From positions 13,298 through 77,297 of the forward strand of contig JACQWO010000003.1 of assembly GCA_016209225.1 (NCBI GenBank): a DNA stretch of 64,000 nucleotides, in the 5' to 3' direction. The notes under the pieces were generated by a model. The model saw nothing but the letters and a program-made list of their open reading frames with translations, was not told where the DNA came from and ran no database searches. The DNA comes from Desulfobacterales bacterium (GTDB lineage Bacteria > Desulfobacterota > UBA8473). The position numbers and the translations under genes are program-made. Position 1 is the stretch's first letter; each line of letters begins with the position of its first letter. Positions 19,634 through 29,235 of this stretch are shown piece by piece.

Positions 19634-21121
19634 TTAGTTCTTTATCTTCCAGATTGTGCCTTCAGGTTTGTCTTCCAGAGTAATACCCTTTTCGGTCAGT
19701 CGATCTCTAATATCATCTGCCAGTGTCCAGTTTTTCTCGGATCTTGCCTTCACCCTCTCTTCTATCAAACGAAGGATTTCCTTTTCATCTATCTCTATCT
19801 CAGATATCCCTTTTAGCTTCTGTTTCTCAAAATAATCCTCCGGGTCTGTGTTGAATAAACCAAGAACAGAGCCAATCTCCTTTAATGTCTCTCTTCCATA
19901 TTTCAATATGCCAATGGAGCTCGGTGACCTGTCAAATCCTGTTGTGTCGCTTATATACCTGTTCAGGAGTCTTACCCCCTCATAGATGTGACCGATGGCA
20001 AGGGCAGTATTGAAATCATCGTCCATTGCCTCTTCAAATTTTACAGAGAGAGCAGATAATGTTTCGTATAAATCCTTCTCTATTTTAGTCAGATTCTCCA
20101 ATGGGAGATTTTTGTCCTTGTTTTTGCTCCCTGTAAAATCATCTATGTTTTTTAAGGTAGTATATATCCTATCCAGACCTTTTTTAGCCTCTTCTATATT
20201 TTTATCAGAGAAATCTACAGGACTCCTATAATGATTTGATAGCAGGAAAAGGCGAATCACTTCCGGATGGTATCGCTCAAGTATCTCCTTTATGGTGAAG
20301 AAATTTCCAAGGGATTTGGACATCTTTTCTTTGTCAATATTGACGAAGCCATTATGTACCCAGTATTTAACAAAAGGCTTACCAGTAGCCCCCTCCGATT
20401 GGGCTATCTCATTTTCATGGTGAGGGAATATAAGGTCCTTTCCACCACCATGTATGTCAAATGTCACTCCAAGATACTTCTGGCTCATTGAAGAACATTC
20501 TATATGCCATCCAGGTCTCCCCTTTCCCCAGGGGCTATCCCAGGAAGGCTCCCCTGGTTTGCTTGCCTTCCAGAGGGCAAAATCCATGGGGTTTTCCTTC
20601 CTCTCATCTATTTCCACCCTGGCACCCGCATACATTTCCTCGATGGTTCTTCCGGAAAGCCTTCCATACCCCTGGAATTTGCTTACTGAGAAGAAGACAT
20701 CATCTTCTATCCTGTATGCATATCCGTTTTCAATAAGCCTCTCGATGGTCTTAATCATATCCGGGATATGGTCTGTTGCCTTTGGTTCTATAGTTGGGGG
20801 GGCAATTCCCAGTAGTTGCATATCCTTGTTAAACTCTTCTATGTATCTTTCCGAGATCTCCTGACAGCTGACCTTTTCACTGTTTGCCCTGTTGATTATT
20901 TTGTCATCCACGTCTGTGAAGTTTCTCACATAGGTTACCTCATAACCCTTATGCTTGAGATACCTGAAGATGACATCAAAGACAATTGTTGAACGGGCAT
21001 GACCGATATGGCACAGGTCATATACCGTAACGCCACAGGCATACATTCCAACTTTGCCTTTTTTTAAAGGTTCGAAGTCCTGTTTGGTTTTTGTCAGCGT
21101 GTTATATACCCTCAATGTCAT
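19634..21121 (-). CDS. cysS: cysteinyl-tRNA synthetase
   Basis: 495 aa ORF with HIGH (CHIGHARS) and KMSKS motifs and zinc-binding Cys residues typical of CysRS. Confidence 0.95.
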   Translation of the reverse strand: MTLRVYNTLTKTKQDFEPLKKGKVGMYACGVTVYDLCHIGHARSTIVFDVIFRYLKHKGYEVTYVRNFTDVDDKIINRANSEKVSCQEISERYIEEFNKDMQLLGIAPPTIEPKATDHIPDMIKTIERLIENGYAYRIEDDVFFSVSKFQGYGRLSGRTIEEMYAGARVEIDERKENPMDFALWKASKPGEPSWDSPWGKGRPGWHIECSSMSQKYLGVTFDIHGGGKDLIFPHHENEIAQSEGATGKPFVKYWVHNGFVNIDKEKMSKSLGNFFTIKEILERYHPEVIRLFLLSNHYRSPVDFSDKNIEEAKKGLDRIYTTLKNIDDFTGSKNKDKNLPLENLTKIEKDLYETLSALSVKFEEAMDDDFNTALAIGHIYEGVRLLNRYISDTTGFDRSPSSIGILKYGRETLKEIGSVLGLFNTDPEDYFEKQKLKGISEIEIDEKEILRLIEERVKARSEKNWTLADDIRDRLTEKGITLEDKPEGTIWKIKN

Positions 21122-22665
21122 TCTGTTTTTCTCCTGTCGAAATAGAATTCTCCTGGTTCTTCCCGAAGCTTCCTCAACTCATCCTTTTTTACACGGTGGG
21201 TCAATGTTCTTGGAAAATCCGTTCTATATACAATATATCGGGGAACTTTAAAATAGGCCAGCCTTTCTTCACAGAACTGTATCAACTCCATAGGAGGTAC
21301 GGTTTTATGGGTCTCTCCCTCTTTAAGGATAACATATACCTTTACCTCCTCGCCCCGAAGCTCATCAGGAAATGCAATGACAGCCGCTTCCTCTACCTTT
21401 GGATGAGATCGGATCACCTCTTCTACCTCCAGAGAGGAGATATTTTCACCGCTCCTTCTTATAATATCCTTTTTCCTGTCAACAAAATAGAAGAAGTTGT
21501 CCTCATCTCTATAGGCATTGTCCCCTGTGTGGAACCATCCCCCTCTCATTGAGGTTGAGGTAGTCTCGGGGTCTTTATAATAACCTTTTAAGACCATAGG
21601 TCCTCTCATAACAATCTCACCTACTGTGCCTGCGGGGACTTCTCTGTCATCTTTGTCGAATATCTTGATCTCATTGGGACCATGGGGTCTCCCGCATGAG
21701 CCCTTTTTATGGGGACCATTGATGTGCTCGATGGTTATCCCCCCTTCACTCATCCCCCAGTCCTGAAGCATCTTACATTCCCATCTCTTACCCAGACGCT
21801 CTGCAAGTTCAGGATGCCCGGCGCTCAACGCAACCCGAAGGGTATTATTCTTTTCATCCTCTGTGACCGGCAATTTGTCCAAAAAGGCAAGGATTGCCCC
21901 TATACAGTGAAATACCGTAACCTTGTGTTGATATGCCTGCTCCCAGAATTGCCGTGGGTGAAAACGGTCTATGAGGACAAGACTTGCACCACTGATTAAA
22001 GATGTCATAGTGATAACTACTTGGGCACCGATATGGAAGAGTGGAAGAACACAGATAAAACGGTCTTTTGAGGTTACAAGAAGGTTATCCTTAATCGATT
22101 CTGCAAAGGCGATATAATGGAAATGGCTGAGTACACACCCCTTTGGTTCACCGGTTGTCCCTGAGGTATACATGATGGAGAGAACATTTTCTCCTGTAAG
22201 TTTTTCTTCCGGTATTCGGATGCTTTCCTCGTTTATAATCAGGGAGAAATTGATTACCTCCGGATGCTCCTTATTTCCTACACAGAAAACAGCCTTTAAA
22301 TGGGGAAAATGCCTTCGTTTTTTCTGAATGATGTCTTCATAGAGGCCAGGCTCCGTAATCAATGTGTTTGCCTCGGAGTGGTCCAATATATAGGAAGCCT
22401 CTCTTTCTTTAAAGGCTACGTTTATGGGGACCATAATTGCACCCAGCTTGGCTATTCCAAACCAACTATAGAGAAATTCAGGGCAGTTGTTGAGAAACAA
22501 AGCCACCCGGTCTCCCTTTTTTACACCTTCTTTTTTTAATGCAGATGCCACACTATTGACCCTTTTACCAAAAGTGCTGTAAGAAATTTCGTCATCCTTG
22601 AAGAAGAGAAAGGTCTTATCGGGTTGAATTTTTATCTGGCGTTTCAATACGTCATTCAGATTCAT
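21118..22665 (-). CDS. AMP-dependent synthetase/ligase (fatty-acyl-CoA ligase, FadD-like)
   Basis: 515 aa ORF with the AMP-binding motif YTSGTTGEPKG and a C-terminal ...GK region. It overlaps the cysS start. Confidence 0.85.
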   Translation of the reverse strand: MNLNDVLKRQIKIQPDKTFLFFKDDEISYSTFGKRVNSVASALKKEGVKKGDRVALFLNNCPEFLYSWFGIAKLGAIMVPINVAFKEREASYILDHSEANTLITEPGLYEDIIQKKRRHFPHLKAVFCVGNKEHPEVINFSLIINEESIRIPEEKLTGENVLSIMYTSGTTGEPKGCVLSHFHYIAFAESIKDNLLVTSKDRFICVLPLFHIGAQVVITMTSLISGASLVLIDRFHPRQFWEQAYQHKVTVFHCIGAILAFLDKLPVTEDEKNNTLRVALSAGHPELAERLGKRWECKMLQDWGMSEGGITIEHINGPHKKGSCGRPHGPNEIKIFDKDDREVPAGTVGEIVMRGPMVLKGYYKDPETTSTSMRGGWFHTGDNAYRDEDNFFYFVDRKKDIIRRSGENISSLEVEEVIRSHPKVEEAAVIAFPDELRGEEVKVYVILKEGETHKTVPPMELIQFCEERLAYFKVPRYIVYRTDFPRTLTHRVKKDELRKLREEPGEFYFDRRKTE

Positions 22666-22973
22666 GGTCTCCCCTTGGGAATCTGCTGAGCACTAAAAAT
22701 ATCTTTGTTTTCATCATGGGATCATTATATAATAAGATCAATTGCTGTCAAATTAAATCCAGACCATTTGATATAAATCTCTTCAAGTAACGTAACCATC
22801 AGTTGACAGAGTGGAATCTGAATGTTTACAAAAAGGTCATTTGTCCATGCAGTCTTTTCTCTTTGTAATTTCTTGGCGATCGATTTTCCTTGTCTTTCCA
22901 AGTAGTTGTCGTTTTATCAAGTACGTTTTCCCCTTTGGCACGATTTTTGAGTTATCTAAAAAATTTATAGGGG

Positions 22974-23918
22974 TTGTCAGGTTTTCATATGTTTGAATCT
23001 AGAGTTGATGCCCTTTATAGAATATTAGAAGATTGTGCTTTATGTCCAAGGCAATGCCACGTCAACAGGAGAGTCGGCCAGTTGGGTTACTGCAATGCCG
23101 GATTTAACTTGAAGGTGGCGAAGGTGATTTCCCACTTGGGTGAAGAGCCGGCAATTTCAGGAAACAAGGGTTCCGGTGCAATATTCTTCAGTCACTGCAA
23201 CCTGAGATGTAGCTTCTGCCAAAACTATCAGATAAGCCAACTGGGGATGGGGGAAGAGATGACTCCTGAATATCTTTCAAAAAGGATGCTTTCACTCCAA
23301 AATTCCGGTTGCCATAACATAAACCTGGTGACACCAACACCGTACTTGCCCCAGATAGTAAGAGCCATTTCAATGGCGAAGGCTAATGGTTTGAAGATAC
23401 CGATTGTATATAATACAAACGGTTATGAAAGAGTAGAGACCTTGAAATTACTGGAGGGGATAGTGGATATATACCTTCCTGATGCCAAATACGGAAGTAA
23501 TAAGGCTGCCTCTTTTTATTCTGGTGTAGAGGACTATTTGGAACATAATATATCGGCTTTGAAAGAGATGAAGAGGCAGGTTGGTAATCTTAAAGTGAAC
23601 AATATGGATATTGGAGAAAAAGGTATTATCGTAAGACACCTGGTACTTCCAGGAAATGGCGCAGAATCCTTTTCTCTTTTAGATATGGTTGCTGGAGAAC
23701 TGGGGACAGACATCTCTATAAGTCTTATGGGACAGTACTTTCCCAGGTATAAGGTATTGGATAGTGAGGCACTGGGAAGAAGACTAACCAATGAAGAATT
23801 TGAGGAATACCACTTCGCCCTGGAATCAAAGGGCTTTGAAAATGGATGGGTCCAGTACCCCGACGAGGTTGATGGTGGTTTTCTGCCTGATTTTCAAGTG
23901 AAGGATGGGTGGAATTAG
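22974..23918 (+). CDS. radical SAM protein, PflX-like (COG1313)
   Basis: An N-terminal CALCPRQCHVNR motif, plus CNLRCSFCQN as the CxxxCxxC radical-SAM cluster motif. Confidence 0.8.
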   Translation: MSGFHMFESRVDALYRILEDCALCPRQCHVNRRVGQLGYCNAGFNLKVAKVISHLGEEPAISGNKGSGAIFFSHCNLRCSFCQNYQISQLGMGEEMTPEYLSKRMLSLQNSGCHNINLVTPTPYLPQIVRAISMAKANGLKIPIVYNTNGYERVETLKLLEGIVDIYLPDAKYGSNKAASFYSGVEDYLEHNISALKEMKRQVGNLKVNNMDIGEKGIIVRHLVLPGNGAESFSLLDMVAGELGTDISISLMGQYFPRYKVLDSEALGRRLTNEEFEEYHFALESKGFENGWVQYPDEVDGGFLPDFQVKDGWN

Positions 23919-23923
23919 AACGC

Positions 23924-23947
23924 AAAAATGAATGAATGTTCATTTTT
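23924..23947. promoter_or_regulatory. AT-rich palindrome AAAAATGAA-TGAATG-TTCATTTTT sharing the core TGAATGAA-NN-TTCATT with the site at 63736
   Basis: Perfect 9 bp arms. It lies 6 nt after the radical-SAM stop, is followed by a T7 run, and sits about 150 nt upstream of hdrC. It is either an operator or a weak intrinsic terminator. Confidence 0.35.
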
Positions 23948-24002
23948 TTACTTGACGACACGTAACTTGCGTGTTACAAGTAATATCGTAACTGCGAAGA
24001 AC

Positions 24003-24065
24003 GATAGGCTGTAGCCTATTAGCCTGTAGCCTAACAGCCTTCAGCCTAACGACCTGTTAATCAAC
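24003..24065 (+). promoter_or_regulatory. AGCCT/AGGCT pentamer array upstream of hdrC, duplicated at 29236-29400
   Basis: The sequence GATAGGCTGTAGCCTATTAGCCTGTAGCCTAACAGCCTTCAGCCTAACGACCTG ends 30 nt before the hdrC ATG. A near-identical sequence lies before the flxB-like gene. Confidence 0.4.
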
Positions 24066-24094
24066 TAAATAGTTTAACAGAAGAGAGTTTAACA

Positions 24095-24658
24095 ATGATA
24101 TACCAATTAAATGCCGATGTAAGAAATTTTGGGAAAACCATATCTAAACTCAGTGATGTGGATATATATACCTGTTATCAGTGCGGGAAGTGTACTGCCG
24201 GTTGTCCCATTGTGATGGAGATGAGCCATACCCCAAATCAAATAATGAGATTGATTCAACTGGGACTAAAAGAAGAGGTTTTGAATTCTCTGACACCCTG
24301 GTTGTGTGCCGCTTGCGAAACCTGTACAACCCGTTGCCCTAAAGGGGTGGACATCGCCAAGATTATGGATACCCTGAGGATACTTGCTCGCAAAGAGGGT
24401 TATCAGTCTAAGGAACCAAATGTAGTGAAGTTCAATGATATTTTCTTGAACTGTATAAAGGACAAGGGAAGATTGCAGGAGACGCATTTGGCTATGGTGT
24501 ATAACTTAAAAACCAAGCAGTTTTTTAAGGATGCTGATATAGGCCGGAAGTTATTTATGAAGGGAAAGATATCCCTTTCCAGTGATAAAATAAAAGGTAC
24601 GGATGCGATGAAGAGTATCTTTGAGAGATCAAGGGCGTTTTTGGGCAAAGGGGAATAG
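24095..24658 (+). CDS. hdrC: heterodisulfide reductase subunit C
   Basis: Two 4Fe-4S motifs, CYQCGKCTAGCP and CAACETCTTRCP. Confidence 0.85.
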   Translation: MIYQLNADVRNFGKTISKLSDVDIYTCYQCGKCTAGCPIVMEMSHTPNQIMRLIQLGLKEEVLNSLTPWLCAACETCTTRCPKGVDIAKIMDTLRILARKEGYQSKEPNVVKFNDIFLNCIKDKGRLQETHLAMVYNLKTKQFFKDADIGRKLFMKGKISLSSDKIKGTDAMKSIFERSRAFLGKGE

Positions 24659-24661
24659 ATT

Positions 24662-25537
24662 ATGGTATATGGATATTATCCAGGCTGCTCCTCTCATGGT
24701 ACGGCCAAGGAATATGATATTTCAACAAAGAAAGTTTGTGAGAGATTAGGATTGAAACTGGAAGAAGTGAGAGATTGGAACTGTTGTGGTGCCTCGCCAG
24801 CCCATGCTACCAGTGAAGAACTCGCCCTGGCATTACCCTTCAGAAATCTGGTCCTGGCTGAGAAACAAGGTCTGGATAGCATAATGTCCACTTGTTCCGC
24901 CTGTTACAATCGCCTTAAAGTTGCCCATGAGACACTGAAAAAAGCTCCTGAGATATTGAATAGAATGAGCGAAATAGTTGGAGAACCTTATAATAAGACT
25001 CTTAAGGTTATTCACTTCCTGGATCTTATCTCGAAGGAGTTTGGTGTAGAGAAAATAAAGGAAAGTGTGGTAAAGCCTTTAACGGGTTTAAAGGCTGTAT
25101 CATATTATGGTTGCCTTTTGACAAGACCCCCAAAGCTGGTATCTATTGACCCGGATGGAGAAAATCCCACTATAATGGAGGAGATTATAGAGGCATTGGG
25201 GGCAGAATCACCTTATTGGTCTCACAAAACGGAGTGCTGTGGCGCCAGTTTTGCCCTGGATAGAACGGATATTGTCTTGAGGTTGAGCAACGAAATTCTA
25301 AAAGCTGCCAGGTTTGCTGATGCGGATTGCATTATTGTTGCCTGTCCTTTGTGTTTTGCCAACCTGGATATGAGACAGTCACAGATAGCTTCCAAATATG
25401 GTATTAATTATTCCTTACCTGTCTTATTTATTTCCGAGTTGATGGGTGTAGCTATAGGAATGGGCAATAAGGAACTTGGGATTGATAAGCATATTGTTAG
25501 TGCAAAGAATCTATTAAAAGAAAAGGATTTGATCTAA
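24662..25537 (+). CDS. hdrB: heterodisulfide reductase subunit B (two CCG domains)
   Basis: The two Cys-rich CCG motifs read CCGASPAHA...CSAC and CCGASFAL...CPLC. Confidence 0.9.
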   Translation: MVYGYYPGCSSHGTAKEYDISTKKVCERLGLKLEEVRDWNCCGASPAHATSEELALALPFRNLVLAEKQGLDSIMSTCSACYNRLKVAHETLKKAPEILNRMSEIVGEPYNKTLKVIHFLDLISKEFGVEKIKESVVKPLTGLKAVSYYGCLLTRPPKLVSIDPDGENPTIMEEIIEALGAESPYWSHKTECCGASFALDRTDIVLRLSNEILKAARFADADCIIVACPLCFANLDMRQSQIASKYGINYSLPVLFISELMGVAIGMGNKELGIDKHIVSAKNLLKEKDLI

Positions 25538-25585
25538 AAAAAGGACTTTGGAAAGGTATCCCTTCAAAGTCCTCAATCTAAAGAA

Positions 25586-25741
25586 GATGAAGTCGTAAAA
25601 AGTCAAAAATCAGATGGCACAGTAAAAAGCTCTAGATGCAGCAAGGCGCGCAAATCCAAAGGAATGAGGCGTACTTACCTGCACGCTGCAATGACTGAGG
25701 ATGCAGCGGAACGCCGCAGATGGACTTTTTACAAAGCCGTC
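25586..25741 (+). repeat. MITE-like element, copy 3 (diverged, about 85% identity; target-site duplication AAAGAA)
   Basis: AAAGAA hexamers lie at 25580-25585 and 25742-25747. The element sits between hdrB and hdrA, 17 nt upstream of the hdrA GTG start. Confidence 0.7.
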
Positions 25742-25758
25742 AAAGAAGGGGTGTCACT

Positions 25759-27729
25759 GTGTCAAAAATTGGAGTATTTATCTGTCACTGCGGTGTCAAT
25801 ATCTCAAGCACGGTAGATGTAGAAAAGATTACTGAAGAGTTGGCCAAAGAAGATGGGGTGGCCTTCGCAACAGAATATAAGTACATGTGTTCTGACCCAG
25901 GGCAGAAGATCATCAAGGACGCCATTAAAGAGCACAACCTTGACGGAATAGTGGTAGCCTCCTGCTCTCCCAGATTACATGAGAGAACATTCCAGTTGTG
26001 TATAGAGGCAGGCGGTCTGAACAGATACAAACTCGAGATGGCCAATATTCGAGAGCAGTGTTCCTGGGTACATAAAGACAAAGAATTCGCAACAGAAAAG
26101 GCTAAAGACCTGATCAAGATGGCTGTAGCCAAAGTTCGAAAGAACCAGCCTCTTACCCGGTTTTCCATCCCGGTTTTTAAAAAGGCACTGGTAATCGGTG
26201 GAGGTATTGCCGGGATGCAGGCATCCATAGACATCGCCAAGGCTGGATACAAAGTCACCTTAGTGGAAAGGACTCCGACTATTGGCGGGAGAATGGCGCA
26301 ACTGGACAAGACATTTCCTACCTTAGACTGCTCTGCCTGAATACTTACACCCAGGATGGTGGAGTCATCCCAAAACGAAAATATAGAGATACTTACTTAT
26401 TCAGAGGTTGAAGAAGTCAGTGGATATATAGGCAACTTTGATGTAAGGATTCGCAAAAAGGCCCGTCTCGTTGACATGAAGAAGTGCACAGGATGTGGAA
26501 CCTGTTATCAGAAATGCCCTGTAAAGGTTCCCAGTGAATTCGATATGGAGACAGGCATGAGAAAGGCCATATATATCCCCTTTCCTCAGGCTGTTCCGAA
26601 TGTGCCTGTGATCGATAAGGTAAACTGCAGGATGTTTACCAAGGGAAAATGCCAGATTTGTCAGAAGCTCTGTCAGGCAGAGGCAGTAGATTACGAACAG
26701 GAAGACGAGGTCATTGAAGATAAATTTGGTGCCATTGTAGTGGCAACGGGGTACGACCTTTTCGATGCCAGTGTCTACGGTGAGTATGGTGGTGGAAGGT
26801 TTAAGGATGTTATTAGCGGACTCCAACTGGAGAGGCTGATAAGCCCGGCCGGCCCCACAGGGGGTCATATAGTTAGGCCTTCAGATGGCAAGGAACCGAA
26901 GAATGTTGTCTTTATCCAGTGTGTTGGATCTAGGGATCCTGAAAAAGGATTTCCTTATTGTTCCAGCGTGTGTTGCATGTACACAGCGAAACATGCGGTA
27001 TTGCTTAAGGAACATATACCCGATGTTCAGACGAACATCTTCTATATGGATATCAGATCAGCGGGGAAGAACTATGAGCAGTTTGTGCAGCGAACAATGG
27101 AACAATACGGTGCGTTGTATATCAGAGGAAGGGTCTCAAAGATTTATCAGCGAGGGGATAAATTAATAGTTAAAGGGGCAGATACCCTGGCAGGCAGCCA
27201 GGTAGAGGTAGAGGCGGATTTAGTTGTGCTGGCTACGGCGATAACTGCGCGCCACGATTCAAAGGAATTAGCCAAAATCCTGGGTATCCCTTATGATCAG
27301 TTTGGATTCTTCACGGAGTTGCACCCAAAACTGGCTCCGGTTGAAACGGTCACATCCGGTGTCTTTCTGGCAGGTGCCTGTCAGTCTCCTAAAGATATTC
27401 CAGATACTGTCGCTGCTGCCAGCGGCGCTGCAGTGAAGGTTGCAGCCCTTTTCAGCGGTGACTTTCTGTCGATGGAGCCACTAGTCTCAACTATAGATAC
27501 CTCTGTCTGTTCTATGTGCAAGGCATGTATTGAGGTATGTCCTTACAAAGCTATCCAGGAAGAAGAGATTACCCTACGGGATGGAACCAAGAAAAAGCAG
27601 CTCAAGGTACTGGAAAGCGTATGTCATGGGTGTGGGGCATGTGTTTCCACCTGCAGATCTTCCTGTATTATGCTGAAAGGGATGACCGACGAACAGATCT
27701 TTGAGGAGTTGATGGCAGTAGCTCAGTAA
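25759..27729 (+). CDS. hdrA: heterodisulfide reductase subunit A, selenocysteine-containing (Sec encoded by TGA 26338-26340)
   Basis: ORFs 25720-26340 and 26356-27729 share a frame and are separated only by TGA. The TGA falls where Cys-containing HdrA has the second Cys of FPTLDCS-x-C-ILTPKMVE. The true start is probably GTG 25759 (MSKIGVFICHCG), with AAGGGG as ribosome-binding site. The FAD site reads GGGIAGM and several 4Fe-4S motifs are present. Confidence 0.8.
26354..26370 (+). other. candidate bacterial SECIS-like hairpin (GGATG-GUGGAGU-CATCC) 14 nt downstream of the hdrA UGA
   Basis: Five bp stem with a 7 nt loop containing GG and U, at about the spacing seen for bacterial SECIS elements. 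The stem is short. Confidence 0.35.
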
Positions 27730-27740
27730 TTATAAAGAGG

Positions 27741-27762
27741 GGTAACAGGTTACAGGGTTCAG
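27741..27762. repeat. tandem heptamer array GGTAACA GGTTACA GGGTTCA G upstream of mvhD
   Basis: From the same motif family as the arrays at 14834, 16359, 43253 and 60952. Confidence 0.4.
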
Positions 27763-27842
27763 TTGTCAGAGCTCAGGAAAATACTTTAGCCTGCCTGACA
27801 CCCGATCCCTGACCCCTGTGAACTTTACAAAGAGGTTGTGCT

Positions 27843-28280
27843 ATGGAAGAAACAAAATGGGAACCAAAGGTAGTGGGGTTTTTGTGTCACTGGTGTAGTT
27901 ATGCCGGCGCAGACCTGACCGGTTCAGCTCGCATGGAATATCCCCATAACATAAGGATCATAAGAGTTCCCTGTTCTGGAAGGATAGACCCTATGTTTAT
28001 TCTAAGGGCACTGCAAAACGGACTTGACGGTGTTTTGGTTTCTGGTTGTCACCCGGGGGATTGCCATTATCAGTCTGGGAATTTTCATGCAAGAAGAAAA
28101 TTTGCAGTGACCAGGAAGCTCCTTGAATACGTCGGGATTGAACCGGAGAGGGTTCAGTTTAGCTGGGTTGCTGCATCTGAAGGACCTAAAATGGCTCAGG
28201 TAGTGAAGGAATTTGTGGAGGGAGTGAGGAAGGTAGGTCCCAACAGACTTTTTAAGGATGAGATAAAAGATGGAGAATAA
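27843..28280 (+). CDS. mvhD: methyl-viologen-reducing hydrogenase delta subunit homolog (MvhD/FlxD)
   Basis: 145 aa ORF with the MvhD Cys pattern FLCHWCSYAGADL...RVPCSGR...SGCHPGDCHY. Confidence 0.85.
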   Translation: MEETKWEPKVVGFLCHWCSYAGADLTGSARMEYPHNIRIIRVPCSGRIDPMFILRALQNGLDGVLVSGCHPGDCHYQSGNFHARRKFAVTRKLLEYVGIEPERVQFSWVAASEGPKMAQVVKEFVEGVRKVGPNRLFKDEIKDGE

Positions 28281-29220
28281 ATTAAAGGAAGAGGCCAGGA
28301 AGCTATTAAAGGAAGGTAAAGTTGACTACATAGTGGGGTACGGAAAGGGAACCGTTAAGTTTAGAACTTCCCCATTGATAACTAATAAAGAAGAGGATAT
28401 TGAAGGCCTAGTTATTAATCCTTTTATAGCAAACAATCTGAGCAGATACCCTGCTGAGATAAAAGGGAAGTTAGGAATAGTAGTAAAGGGTTGCGACTCC
28501 AGGTCTCTTGTTAGCCTTATACAGGACAACAAAGTGAAGAGGGATGACATTGTAATATTGGGAGTCCCCTGCGAGGGAGTGGTTGACATAAAGAAATTAG
28601 TGGAACAAATCGGTGCAGATATTGATCAGGTAAAGGAGATAGATAAGGAAGGCGATAACCTTATTGTAAAAATGGATGGTTCAAAAAAGACAGTTCTCTT
28701 TGGAGATGTGATATTTGACAAGTGTTTTGGGTGTGAGTATCCAACCCCTCTCGAATACGACATACTCTTAGGCAGTGAAGTATCTCCAAGGGTTGAGTTA
28801 GAAAAGAGCCTGAAGAAGATAAAAGAATTTGAAGATATAAATGCTCCGGAGAGATGGAGATATTGGAAGGAACAGTTCAGTAAATGTATTCGCTGCTATG
28901 CCTGCAGAAATGTCTGTCCTGCATGCTTCTGCGAAAGATGTTTTGTCGATGTAAACATCCCGCAATGGATTACTACGTATGGAAGTTGGCAGGACAATCT
29001 CGTATTTCAATTGATAAGAACCCTCCATGTTGCAGGGAGGTGTTCAGACTGTGGAGAATGTGAACGGTCATGCCCTGTGGGGATCACTTTGAGAAGTTTG
29101 CAGAGGAAGATGGTGGAAGAGGTCAAAGGCCTTTTCAATTACGAGACAGGTGTGGATAAGGATGCTCCCCCGGTCTTTACCCATTATGAGGCTACAGATC
29201 CAGAGGAATTTATTAAATAA
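28270..29220 (+). CDS. iron-sulfur protein of the Flx module (FlxC-like)
   Basis: 316 aa ORF overlapping the mvhD stop. The C-terminal 4Fe-4S motifs read CIRCYACRNVCPAC and CSDCGECERSCP. Confidence 0.6.
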   Translation: MENKLKEEARKLLKEGKVDYIVGYGKGTVKFRTSPLITNKEEDIEGLVINPFIANNLSRYPAEIKGKLGIVVKGCDSRSLVSLIQDNKVKRDDIVILGVPCEGVVDIKKLVEQIGADIDQVKEIDKEGDNLIVKMDGSKKTVLFGDVIFDKCFGCEYPTPLEYDILLGSEVSPRVELEKSLKKIKEFEDINAPERWRYWKEQFSKCIRCYACRNVCPACFCERCFVDVNIPQWITTYGSWQDNLVFQLIRTLHVAGRCSDCGECERSCPVGITLRSLQRKMVEEVKGLFNYETGVDKDAPPVFTHYEATDPEEFIK

Positions 29221-29235
29221 GGTAACTACTTAGGT

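Noticed and set aside
22925-22945. A sigma54-like TGGCAC-N5-TTGA upstream of the radical SAM gene
   Set aside because: The -12 element reads TGA rather than the essential GC dinucleotide (GG-N10-GC is not satisfied). It is probably chance.
23924-23947. Interpreting the AT-rich palindrome plus T-run strictly as an intrinsic terminator for the radical SAM gene
   Set aside because: I did not fully reject this; it is kept as an alternative. The stem is 100% A/T, which is weak for a terminator. The same core recurs at another operon front at 63736, and that favours a protein-binding site.
25720-25758. The ATG at 25720 as the hdrA start (MDFLQSRQRRGVTV...)
   Set aside because: That ATG and the following 13 codons are supplied by the inserted MITE. 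The GTG at 25759 has a proper AAGGGG ribosome-binding site and gives the canonical MSKIGVF... N-terminus.
26356-27729. A separate 457 aa ORF starting MVESSQNEN...
   Set aside because: It shares a frame with the upstream ORF across a single TGA and aligns to the middle of HdrA. I merged it into one selenoprotein gene.
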